Assembly (NCBI GenBank): GCA_965202805.1
Contig: OZ241869.1
Span: 2,400,001-2,464,000 of the forward strand
From: Longimicrobiales bacterium
GTDB taxonomy: Bacteria > Gemmatimonadota > Gemmatimonadetes > Longimicrobiales > Gaopeijiaceae
Direction of reading: 5' to 3'
DNA length: 64,000 nt
In this document: positions 17,824 through 28,927 of the stretch, one piece after another
How the letters are laid out: each line of letters begins with the position of its first letter
How positions within the stretch are numbered: the first letter of the stretch is position 1
Notes under the pieces: generated by a model
Seen by the model: the letters and a program-made list of their open reading frames with translations, nothing else
Database searches by the model: none
What the model was told of the DNA's origin: nothing
Program-made: the position numbers and the translations under genes

Positions 17824-18969
17824 TCAGAATCGGATCGGGGTCCGCCAAACCAGGTTGAGCCGGTCGTCGGCAATGAAGAGGAAGCCGAGATCGGAGGCAA
17901 GGCCTGCCGGGGCGGCCAGGGCGGTTTCGCCAGCCTCCAGCCCGGAGCCATTGTACTCCGACGCGCCGTTGCCGGCGAACGTGCGGATGACGCCGGTGGC
18001 GGTTTCGATGGCGCGCACCCGGCGATTCCCACGGTCGGCGACGAAGAGCGTCGCTCCCCCGTTCACGGCCACGACGGTCTCCGGGAAGGCGAGCCTCGCA
18101 CGGACGGCCGGTCCGCCGTCGCCGGTGAAGCCCGGTGTCCCGGTACCGGCGACCGGCGCGATGATGCCCGTTTCCAGGTCGACGGCACGGACGCGCTGGT
18201 CGGCCGCATCGGCGATGTAGAGACGCCCGCCCGCGACCGCCAGCCCGCGAGGCGCTCGCAGGCGGGCCTCTGTGGCGAGCCCGCCGTCGCCGGAGCTGCC
18301 CGCGCGTCCGTCTCCGACGGCGGGGGAGAGGGTGCCGTCGCGGGCGATGCGCCACACGCGGTGCTCGGGCCAGTCGCTCACGAACACGTCACCCGCGTCG
18401 GACACGGCCACGCCGGTCGGCTCCCCGAAACGGGCCTCGGTGGCCGGGAGGCCGCTCGCCGGAGGCACGCCCCCGGGGTCGCCGGCCACAACGGAGACCG
18501 TTCCAGCGCTACCCGCGCCCGGCGTCACCTGGAAGATCCTGCCCGCCTGGCCATCCGCCACCAGCAGGGTGCCGTCGGGGCCGAGCGCGAGGGCTTCGGG
18601 ACGGCGCATGCAGGCGGTCGGACCCGTGCACGTGCGGTGATCCACCAGCGTGACCACATCGCCGTTGGCGTGAACCGCGAGGATGCGTGCCGCCAGGCGG
18701 TCGGCGATGTAGAGCGTCCCGTCCGCCCCCAGCGCCAAACCTCGCGGCGAGGACAGGTCGAGGTCGGTGGCGGGTACGCGCTCCGCGGGCTCGAGGTCAT
18801 CCGGCCTCCCGGCCACGATCCGCATGATGCCTGGCGCATCCCCGAGAATCACGACCGGGTCACCGCACCCTGCGAACGCGGCTGCGAGCATCAGCGCCGC
18901 TGCCGTCCGTACGGCTGCGAGCATGAGTACGAGGCGGCCACCCGTCACGGCCCGGCGTCCGTGCCTCAC
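17824..18969 (-). CDS. NHL-repeat beta-propeller lipoprotein
   Basis: Lipobox FAGC; repeated P.GLA...DG.LYIAD...R.R and GDGG.AT.ARL; start uncertain (18924-18969). Confidence 0.8.
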   Translation of the reverse strand: MRHGRRAVTGGRLVLMLAAVRTAAALMLAAAFAGCGDPVVILGDAPGIMRIVAGRPDDLEPAERVPATDLDLSSPRGLALGADGTLYIADRLAARILAVHANGDVVTLVDHRTCTGPTACMRRPEALALGPDGTLLVADGQAGRIFQVTPGAGSAGTVSVVAGDPGGVPPASGLPATEARFGEPTGVAVSDAGDVFVSDWPEHRVWRIARDGTLSPAVGDGRAGSSGDGGLATEARLRAPRGLAVAGGRLYIADAADQRVRAVDLETGIIAPVAGTGTPGFTGDGGPAVRARLAFPETVVAVNGGATLFVADRGNRRVRAIETATGVIRTFAGNGASEYNGSGLEAGETALAAPAGLASDLGFLFIADDRLNLVWRTPIRF

Positions 18970-19001
18970 ACTCTTCCCGCCCCGCGCGGCCCATCCGGCG
19001 A

Positions 19002-20297
19002 TCACGATCCTCCTCCTCCGAACGCCACCACCCAGAGGTCGTGCTTTCCGCCGGTCAGCAAGCGGACGTACGCCAACCGGCTGCCATCGGGCGAAATCGC
19101 GGGCTCGCGGGCGCCTTCGGTGCCGGGAATCGGCGTCGCCGCCCCTCCCCCGACGGAAGCCGTCCACAAGTGTCCGTCCCGCCGGAAGACCAGCCGGCCC
19201 GAGTCGGGCGTCCATACGGGCTCCTCGCCCGACCCCAGTTCGCGGGTTTCCGACCCATCCGGCCGAACCAGTGCGATCCTCCGGTCCTTCACCTCGTAGT
19301 CCAGCCGCTCCTGCCGACAGACCGGGCCCAGAAACCCCGAGTGGGTGCAACTCGCGGTAACGGGGTCGCCCCGCACCAGCCGTGTGAACGCGATCCATTC
19401 GCCGTTCGGCGACCACGCGGGAGACACGCCGTCGTCGGTGCCGGGCACCGCTTCCGCCCGGGAGGAGGCGGGGTCCCAGAGAAGTACCTGAAGCCCGTCG
19501 CTGAATGCGACACGAGTGCCGCCCGGATTCCAACTGGGACGGAACAGGGGTGGATTCTCCTCGTGGAACAGGCGTTGGAAGGGATGGTAGCGGATGCGGA
19601 AGAAGCCGGGCAGAAACGGATCACCGCGCACCGGCACGAACTCCCGTCCCTCGAGGGGTACCACGAGCGAGCGCTCGGGTTGCGGCGAACCACCTCCTTC
19701 CCGATCCATGACGTGAAGCCGGATCTCGCCCAGGCGTGAGGCGATCGGCAGAGCGCCGGAGGGATCGCAAACCACGTTGACCGCCGGACAGAGATCTTCG
19801 TCCGCCACCGCCCAAATCTCCACGTAGGCCGCCCGCACTCCGTCGGGGGACGGCGCCGGGCTGGCGAGCCAGCGCGATGCGCCGCCGGGAAACTGGAACG
19901 CCGGGAGCAGCGCCGCCGCGGTCCCGCCCGTCGCCGCGATCTTCATCAGGACGCCCGGACCTTCCGCGAACGGCGCAAAGCCCTCCGCGGCATAGGCCAG
20001 CGAGTCGGGCCCGAGCCAGACGGGCGTACGCTCGTCGAGAGCGGAGAAGGTGAGCTGAAGCGGACCGTCTGCTTCGATGGTCGGACGGTCCGCAGAGTCG
20101 AAGGGAGCCGTGGCTTCCCTGCAGCCGAGGACGCACAGCGCCCAGAACGCCATCCACGCGCCCCGGCGCATCCGCCGAGTCCCGCAAGGACGCGCCTTCC
20201 GGCGAATCGTCCTGATCCATGCGCCCCGACGGCGCATGTCCCCTCCATTCCACTTCATGCCCGCGCGCATCTTGCACTTCATGCCCGCGCGCATCAT
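19002..20297 (-). CDS. TolB-like (PD40 repeat) lipoprotein
   Basis: Lipobox VLGC; PAPSPDG, PSWNPGG, PAWSPNG, PVWTPDS, PAISPDG; ATG at 20297 overlaps the receptor stop (alternative start 20171). Confidence 0.75.
   Translation of the reverse strand: MMRAGMKCKMRAGMKWNGGDMRRRGAWIRTIRRKARPCGTRRMRRGAWMAFWALCVLGCREATAPFDSADRPTIEADGPLQLTFSALDERTPVWLGPDSLAYAAEGFAPFAEGPGVLMKIAATGGTAAALLPAFQFPGGASRWLASPAPSPDGVRAAYVEIWAVADEDLCPAVNVVCDPSGALPIASRLGEIRLHVMDREGGGSPQPERSLVVPLEGREFVPVRGDPFLPGFFRIRYHPFQRLFHEENPPLFRPSWNPGGTRVAFSDGLQVLLWDPASSRAEAVPGTDDGVSPAWSPNGEWIAFTRLVRGDPVTASCTHSGFLGPVCRQERLDYEVKDRRIALVRPDGSETRELGSGEEPVWTPDSGRLVFRRDGHLWTASVGGGAATPIPGTEGAREPAISPDGSRLAYVRLLTGGKHDLWVVAFGGGGS
20251..20295. repeat. 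21-bp direct repeat with a 24-bp period
   Basis: cacttcatgcccgcgcgcatc at 20251 and 20275 (encodes MRAGMK twice). Confidence 0.8.
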
Positions 20298-23182
20298 CGG
20301 AACGCCACCTCGACGCCCAGCCTGAGCTGCAGCGGCTCGTCGAAGAACAGGGACGGATCCAAACGGTCCAGGGCGGCCGCCAACCGCACCGTTCGGTATT
20401 CCAGATCGGTGATGCGTCCGTTGCCGTCCAGATCGGCGAGCGCGCTGTAGCGAGGCGATTCCCGCGGGATGGCGCCGCCTGCCCCGCCCCGCGCCAGTTC
20501 GAGCAGTTCCGATGCGGGGGGCGCGATCGTGCCCGTATCCCGGCGAAGTGCCAGAACGTTCTCGCGGTCGAGGAGGTTGCGCCCGTCGACTACGATTCGC
20601 CAGCGGCAGTCGGAGCAGGCGGGCAGGTCGCCGAGTTCCAGCGTGGCGCGCAGGTCGAGTTGTACGATCCAGGGCAGGAAGCGGGCGAGATTGGCGCCCT
20701 CCCCTTCGCGCTCCGGTTGCAGGAGCGTGCGGTCCAGGGGATACCCGCTCTTGGCCGCGGTGGCGAGAGTGACGCCCCAGCGCCGGTCGGCGTCTCCGGC
20801 GGGACGGCCCGCGAAGACGGCCAGGTTCGCGGAGTGACGCCGGTCGAAAGCCAGGGGAAACTCCTCGCGGGTGGCGTCGGGGTCCTCGATCTCCGGGTCG
20901 AGCGCCGTCGAAACCACGCCCACCGCCTTCTGCAGCGCGTAGCCCAGGCGAACGCGCAACAACGGCCACCGGGCGCGTACCGACATCTCAGCGCCCCGGA
21001 CCGTTCCGAAGTCTCCTCCCGTGAACTGGCCCCTGGAGAACCCGGCAAAACGCAGGCTGCCGGTCACCAGATTGTTCAGCTCCTTGCGAAACCCGACCAG
21101 CGAAACGCCGGCGCTCTCGCCGATCTGACGAGTGATCCCGAACTCGAGGCTGGTGCCCTTCTCGAATGCCAGATCCGGGTTGCCCTGGCGGCGGATGTCA
21201 GTTCTGAGAGAGTCGCCGAGCGTGGTGTCGAGGAAGAAGCGGAAGTCGGGAGGCTGCGCGACCTGACTGTAGTTGAAGCGGAAGGCCAGCTGGCCGTCCG
21301 TTCCCGGAACCGGCCCCGACAGGCCGATGCGCGGGGCGGCGCCGATCTTCCAGCCCGCGCGCGTCCCCGGGGCGAGGAAGTCCACCCGGTGGTGCCGGTA
21401 ATCGAGGCCCGCCCGGAAGGCGTCGATTCTCCCGCCGAAGGTGAGGGTGATCTCATCCTCGGCGGCGAGGCGCGCGTCCACGAAGGCGCTCACCGACCCC
21501 GGGTAGAAGAGCGCATAGCCTGGCGAGGATCCGGCCAGAAAGCTCCTCGTCCGCTCGTACGATTCCACGCGATAGAGCCTGGTCCCGGCACCGGCGCCGA
21601 GGACGTGTCCGGCGGACGACAGCAGCTCGGCGAAGAGGTCGGCGCCGACGAACTCGGTGCGCGTCCAGTTGGCGATGCCGGGCGTCCCTTCGGTGAAGAA
21701 GATGCCCTCCGCCGCGGGCCCGAAGGGAGATCCGACGGAGCCGCCGGGGGGAACGTATCCGGGCACCGGCGTTCCGGACTTCAATTGATCCTGGACCGGG
21801 CTGCGCACGAACTCCTCGCCCAGAAAGGAAAGGCCGGCCGGCCCGAATCCGGCGAGGGTGCGGCGGCCCGCCCGGGAGTCCGGATCGACCACTCCCAGGT
21901 AGCGGTCCAGCCGCATGGCGGAGCCCCGCACCGTAACATGCGCGCCCCCTCCGAGCCCCTGCCGGGACCAGTCCAGCGACGCCGCGGCGAGTGTGCCGTC
22001 CGTCCGCTGTCCGAGCTGGTGGTCGGGGTTGTATTTGAACTCGGAGGTGTACAGCCCGGACTGCACCCGGTTGTGCAGGAGCGTGGTCGTCAGGGCCAGA
22101 CCGTCCGTGATCGGCCGGTCGATGCGCGCGAACGCCAGCAGCTTGTCGCCGGCCTGGTGGGGGAAGGCGGCCGCCGTGTAGGGACAGCTCAGTTCCGCGG
22201 TGGCCGGATGCCCCGCCACCCGCTCGATGAGCGCGTCCAGTTCGGCATCCCCGTCGCCGGGCCGGAGACAGGTCAGGCCGCGCGCGCGTGGCTCGGCATC
22301 GAGCATGCCCTGGGCGAGCACGCTGGCGAACACCACCGACCCCCGCCCGAGCACCGGCGCGGGCCCGCCGCCGGAAGCCGTGAGCGCCGTGAATCCCCGG
22401 AACAGCTGCTCCGGGGCCCAGTGGTCGGTGCGGACAGCCGCCGTCCCCCGCCAACGTTCCGCATCTCCGCGCCTCGTCGTGTAGTGCACGACCCCGGAGA
22501 GCGCCGATCCGAAGCGGGCTCCAAGCCCCCCGGTCACCACCTCGATCTCCTCGAGGGCGTCGGAGGGGTGTTCCAGCGCCGGACCCTGGGACGATGCCTC
22601 GAACCGGTTCTTGAACTCCAGCCCGTCGACCACGTAGGCCTCCTGTCCGATGCGCCCGCCGCGGAAGTGGCCATCGCTGACGCCCGGGGCCAGCTCGATG
22701 GCCTGCGAGACTTCGTCGATCGGCAGCTCGCGCAACTCTCTGGCCTGGATGAGTTCGTGCGTTGCGCTTACTTCGGGCTCCACAAGGCGAACGCGCTCGA
22801 CCTCCACCCGGATCTCGTCGAGTTCCAGAGACTCGGGTTCCAGCTCGACGAGGATGCGGACCGGCTGCCCCGGTCGCACGCGAACACCCTCGACGGTCAT
22901 GGGGGTGTAGCCGAGCAGAGTGACCGTCGCCGCCCGGTCGCCGAAGGGCACCGCCACCAGGATGAAGCGCCCGTCGGGTGCGGAAGAAGTCCGAAGCGCC
23001 GTGCCCTCCACCACGAAGAGCGCATCCTGGAGCGCCTCGCCGGTCGATGCATCGACGACCCGACCCAGGATGCTGCCGGCGTTTTGCGCCGCAGCCCGCC
23101 CCGGCACGGCAAGGACACCGGCGAGGGTGAGCATACCGGCCAGTCGGACGATCCGTCGTGCGTGCGCGAAACGCGCGTTCAC
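20294..23182 (-). CDS. TonB-dependent receptor with a CarboxypepD_reg-like N-domain
   Basis: Signal peptide, LDEIRV TonB box, plug (HFRGGR...YVVDG...IEVVTGG..ARFGSALSGVV), GNPDL..E, C-terminal LRLGVEVAF; GTG at 23182 overlaps the coxE stop. Confidence 0.85.
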   Translation of the reverse strand: MNARFAHARRIVRLAGMLTLAGVLAVPGRAAAQNAGSILGRVVDASTGEALQDALFVVEGTALRTSSAPDGRFILVAVPFGDRAATVTLLGYTPMTVEGVRVRPGQPVRILVELEPESLELDEIRVEVERVRLVEPEVSATHELIQARELRELPIDEVSQAIELAPGVSDGHFRGGRIGQEAYVVDGLEFKNRFEASSQGPALEHPSDALEEIEVVTGGLGARFGSALSGVVHYTTRRGDAERWRGTAAVRTDHWAPEQLFRGFTALTASGGGPAPVLGRGSVVFASVLAQGMLDAEPRARGLTCLRPGDGDAELDALIERVAGHPATAELSCPYTAAAFPHQAGDKLLAFARIDRPITDGLALTTTLLHNRVQSGLYTSEFKYNPDHQLGQRTDGTLAAASLDWSRQGLGGGAHVTVRGSAMRLDRYLGVVDPDSRAGRRTLAGFGPAGLSFLGEEFVRSPVQDQLKSGTPVPGYVPPGGSVGSPFGPAAEGIFFTEGTPGIANWTRTEFVGADLFAELLSSAGHVLGAGAGTRLYRVESYERTRSFLAGSSPGYALFYPGSVSAFVDARLAAEDEITLTFGGRIDAFRAGLDYRHHRVDFLAPGTRAGWKIGAAPRIGLSGPVPGTDGQLAFRFNYSQVAQPPDFRFFLDTTLGDSLRTDIRRQGNPDLAFEKGTSLEFGITRQIGESAGVSLVGFRKELNNLVTGSLRFAGFSRGQFTGGDFGTVRGAEMSVRARWPLLRVRLGYALQKAVGVVSTALDPEIEDPDATREEFPLAFDRRHSANLAVFAGRPAGDADRRWGVTLATAAKSGYPLDRTLLQPEREGEGANLARFLPWIVQLDLRATLELGDLPACSDCRWRIVVDGRNLLDRENVLALRRDTGTIAPPASELLELARGGAGGAIPRESPRYSALADLDGNGRITDLEYRTVRLAAALDRLDPSLFFDEPLQLRLGVEVAFR

Positions 23183-24396
23183 GACACGAGGTGGCGACGG
23201 GTCAAGCGGCTGCGACCGGACGGATCGCTCGCGGGCCCCAACGCTCTCGCCAGGGCCTCCACGCTCGCTAGGTTGTGCACCGGCCGATGCTCGTCCACTT
23301 CGGGGAGGAGCGCCCGGATGCCCGCGGCTCGGGGCGCGAACTCCTCGAAGCGCAGCAGGGGGTTCAGCCAGATCAGCCGCCGGCACGACTTCCTCAGCCG
23401 CCGGGCCTCGAAGGCGATCCCGCTCGCGCCTTCCCGGTCGAGTCCGTCCGTCACCAGCAGAACCACCGCGCCCTCCGCCAGCAGGCGCCTCGACCAGTGC
23501 AGGTTGAAGGCCCGCAGCGCCGCCCCGATGCGCGTGCCGCCGTACCAGTCGAGCACCGTCCGCCCCACGCGCTCCATCGCCCGGTCCATGTCCTGGTCGC
23601 GCAGCAGCCGCGTGACGTTGGTGAGCCGGGTTCCGAACAGGAAGGTGTGGATGCGCTCGCTCGCGTTCGTGAGCGTGTGGAAGAAGTGCAGCAGGATGCG
23701 CGAATAGGTCTCCATCGACCCCGAGATGTCGCAGATGGCCACGAGGGTCGGGCGGCGCGTGGCGTGTGAGCGTCGCCTCAGCGCCATGGGATACCCGCCG
23801 GTGCGCAGGCTCGCCCGCAAAGTGCGGCGCGCGTCGATCCCCGGCCCGTAGGGATCCGGGCGAAAGCGGCGCGTCCTGATCGGCCGCAGATCCGGCGTCA
23901 CACGGCGGAGCGCCTCCCTGGCCTGCCGGACCTCCTCTGCGCTCATCTGCTCGAAGTCCTTGGTGCGCAGCGCCTCCGAGGGCGAGAAGGCCATGCGCAT
24001 GGTGATCTCCTCGCCCTCCCCCGTTCGCGTGGTCCCGGTGTAGCCCGGAGCCGTCCCCGGCGACAGTCGGGCCGGGGCCCGCTCTCCCGGCTCGCTCTCG
24101 CCCATGCGCGACGTGGAGAGCAGCGCCTGCAGGGCCTCGTCCCGCCCCAGCGGATCCCGCCAGAATAGGCGAAAGGCGCTGTCGAAGATGGTGCGCTGCT
24201 CCGGGGCGGACACCAGGGTCCCGTGCAACGCCCAGTAGAACTGGCTCCGGTCGGTGGTGTCGACGGCCCCGAGGGCGCGCGCGGCGGAGATGGTGTGACC
24301 GGGACCCACCGGCAGTCCGGCCCCGCGCAGCATGCGCACGAAGTGGGCGAGGTTGTCGGCCAGCATTCCGGGCGGGCTGATCGGTTGTGGGGCCAT
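23179..24396 (-). CDS. coxE: CoxE-like vWA domain protein
   Basis: F.RMLRGAGLPVGP, ICDISGSMETYSR, F.FGTRLT, WYGGTRIG, TDGLDR, LIWLNPL. Confidence 0.88.
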   Translation of the reverse strand: MAPQPISPPGMLADNLAHFVRMLRGAGLPVGPGHTISAARALGAVDTTDRSQFYWALHGTLVSAPEQRTIFDSAFRLFWRDPLGRDEALQALLSTSRMGESEPGERAPARLSPGTAPGYTGTTRTGEGEEITMRMAFSPSEALRTKDFEQMSAEEVRQAREALRRVTPDLRPIRTRRFRPDPYGPGIDARRTLRASLRTGGYPMALRRRSHATRRPTLVAICDISGSMETYSRILLHFFHTLTNASERIHTFLFGTRLTNVTRLLRDQDMDRAMERVGRTVLDWYGGTRIGAALRAFNLHWSRRLLAEGAVVLLVTDGLDREGASGIAFEARRLRKSCRRLIWLNPLLRFEEFAPRAAGIRALLPEVDEHRPVHNLASVEALARALGPASDPSGRSRLTRRHLVS

Positions 24397-24458
24397 GTCA
24401 GGGGCGTTGCTGTCCGCGATGAAATGCCTGGAAGGTTGGAGCGACAGCCGGCGGCGGC

Positions 24459-26069
<1,611 letters not shown>

Positions 26070-26091
26070 GCCATCTCGCGAAGGCAGCAGC

Positions 26092-26988
26092 CTATCTCCC
26101 GAACGAGTACGAAAAGTTGATGAGCGGCACGCAGCAACCGCCGTCGCCGTCGGCGAAGGCACCCATGGCTCCGACCTCGGTGTTGAAGCGGTCCCCGATG
26201 ATGCGAACTCCGCCGGACAGCACGACGCCGACGGCGTCGGGAAGGACGTAGTTCTCCGTGATGAGCTTGATCCGCCGGCTGACCCGGGTTTCGCCCCCGA
26301 GCATGAACGCCGGCTCGTTGATGACGTCGCCCCCCGAATAGAAATAGCCGATCCCCGCGGACAGGGCTTCGTCCTTGTCACCGAACGTTCCCACCGCGTA
26401 TGCGACCCCGACGACCTCGTTATCGAAGAAGAAGGCGAGCGTTCCGATGGATGCCTGCACCTCGGGTTGCCGGATTATCTGCAGCTTCGGACCGAGGTAG
26501 AACGGCTCGAGCTCCCCGAAGAGAACGGGCGCCCCGCCAACGATCGTGAAACGGTCGGTGATTCCGACCGCGGCGAAGGGCAGGACGACCACGTAGGTGC
26601 CGATGTACGACTCCCCGCGCTCGAGCGAGCGCCCGGTGGAGGTGAAGAACAGCCGGGTGCCGCCGGGATCCTCGGTCCGGAACTCGCCGTCGACGGTCTG
26701 TCCACGTGCCGGACGGACACCCTCGATCCCGGTCCGTTCGACATCGAGGCGGGCACCGCCCACGGTCTCGAACACCACCCGCTCCTGGTCGAGCTCCACC
26801 ACGCGCGCAAAGATCACTGAGCCGTCCCCGAGCCGAACCTCGTAGATGGCATCACTCGGAGCGGGGATGTCGGGGGGTGTCTGAGCGCGGGCCGCGACGG
26901 GGAGGAACACCGTGGCCACCAGGGCGGCAGCGGAGAGGAGAAAAGTGCCAACCAGCGACGTGGGCGATGTCCGGCGCAAGCTGTGCAT
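26092..26988 (-). CDS. Hypothetical secreted protein, probably a small N-domain plus outer-membrane beta-barrel
   Basis: Signal peptide, V.L.DGS.I.ARVV N-domain, amphipathic strands, ends INFSYSFGR; AGGAG RBS. Confidence 0.6.
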   Translation of the reverse strand: MHSLRRTSPTSLVGTFLLSAAALVATVFLPVAARAQTPPDIPAPSDAIYEVRLGDGSVIFARVVELDQERVVFETVGGARLDVERTGIEGVRPARGQTVDGEFRTEDPGGTRLFFTSTGRSLERGESYIGTYVVVLPFAAVGITDRFTIVGGAPVLFGELEPFYLGPKLQIIRQPEVQASIGTLAFFFDNEVVGVAYAVGTFGDKDEALSAGIGYFYSGGDVINEPAFMLGGETRVSRRIKLITENYVLPDAVGVVLSGGVRIIGDRFNTEVGAMGAFADGDGGCCVPLINFSYSFGR

Positions 26989-27078
26989 GTGGCTCCTTCT
27001 GAGCAGTCGATTCCGCGAGTCGGAGATTGTCCTGCCGAATACACTGTCCTGGCAGGAAAGGGGCCAATCCGGCCTGGC

Positions 27079-28098
<1,020 letters not shown>

Positions 28099-28120
28099 CT
28101 GACGGCTTCGCCGGACTCCG

Positions 28121-28915
28121 CTAGCCGCAGGCCTCCACGGCCCGCTTCGCCATCACCGTGACCAGATGGGCCCGGTATTCGGCGCCCGCCACGTTGTCGG
28201 ACAGGAGCCCGTCCGAAGACACGCCGATGCCCGCGACCGCATCGGCCGAGAAGTCGTCCGCCAGCGCGGCTTCCATCTCCGCCACCCGGAAGACGCCCGC
28301 GCCCGCGCCGGTCACCGCGACCCGCACGCCATCGGAGTCCCGGGCCACCATGACCCCGGCCACCGCGTACTTCGACGCCGGGTTCTCGAATTTCGCGTAG
28401 GCGGCCCGGTCCACGATCGGGAAGCACACGGCCGTGACCAGCTCATCCTCCTCCAGCGGGGTCTCGAACATCGACCCGAAGAAGTCGTCCGACGAGATCT
28501 TGCGCCGGTCCGTGATGATGGTCGCCCCCAGCCCGACGCACGCCGCCGGATAGTCGGCCGCGGGATCGTTGTGGGCCACCGAGCCACCGATGGTGCCGCG
28601 GTTGCGCACCTGGGGATCGCCGATGCGGCCGGCCATCGCCGCCAGCGCCGGGATGCGCTCCTGCACCACGCTCGATGCCGCCACCTGCGCGTGCGTGCAG
28701 CAGGCTCCGATCTTCAGGCAGTGCCCGTGATCCTCGATGTCGCTCAGTCCCGGCACGTTGCGCAGCGACACCAGGTCGCTCGGGGCCGCCATGGCCAGCT
28801 TCATGACCGGCAACAGGCTCATGCCCCCCGCGAGCACCTTGCCGTCGTCCGCGCCCCTGAGGGCGCTCAGGACACCGTCAACCGAAGACGGTGCGTGATA
28901 TTGGAAATCGTCCAC
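28121..28915 (-). CDS. coxM: CoxM/CutM FAD-binding medium subunit (xanthine dehydrogenase family)
   Basis: LAGGMSL.P..K, IGDPQVRNRGTIGGS.AHNDPAAD, AEYRAHL. Confidence 0.92.
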   Translation of the reverse strand: MDDFQYHAPSSVDGVLSALRGADDGKVLAGGMSLLPVMKLAMAAPSDLVSLRNVPGLSDIEDHGHCLKIGACCTHAQVAASSVVQERIPALAAMAGRIGDPQVRNRGTIGGSVAHNDPAADYPAACVGLGATIITDRRKISSDDFFGSMFETPLEEDELVTAVCFPIVDRAAYAKFENPASKYAVAGVMVARDSDGVRVAVTGAGAGVFRVAEMEAALADDFSADAVAGIGVSSDGLLSDNVAGAEYRAHLVTVMAKRAVEACG

Positions 28916-28927
28916 TGTCGCCTCCGG

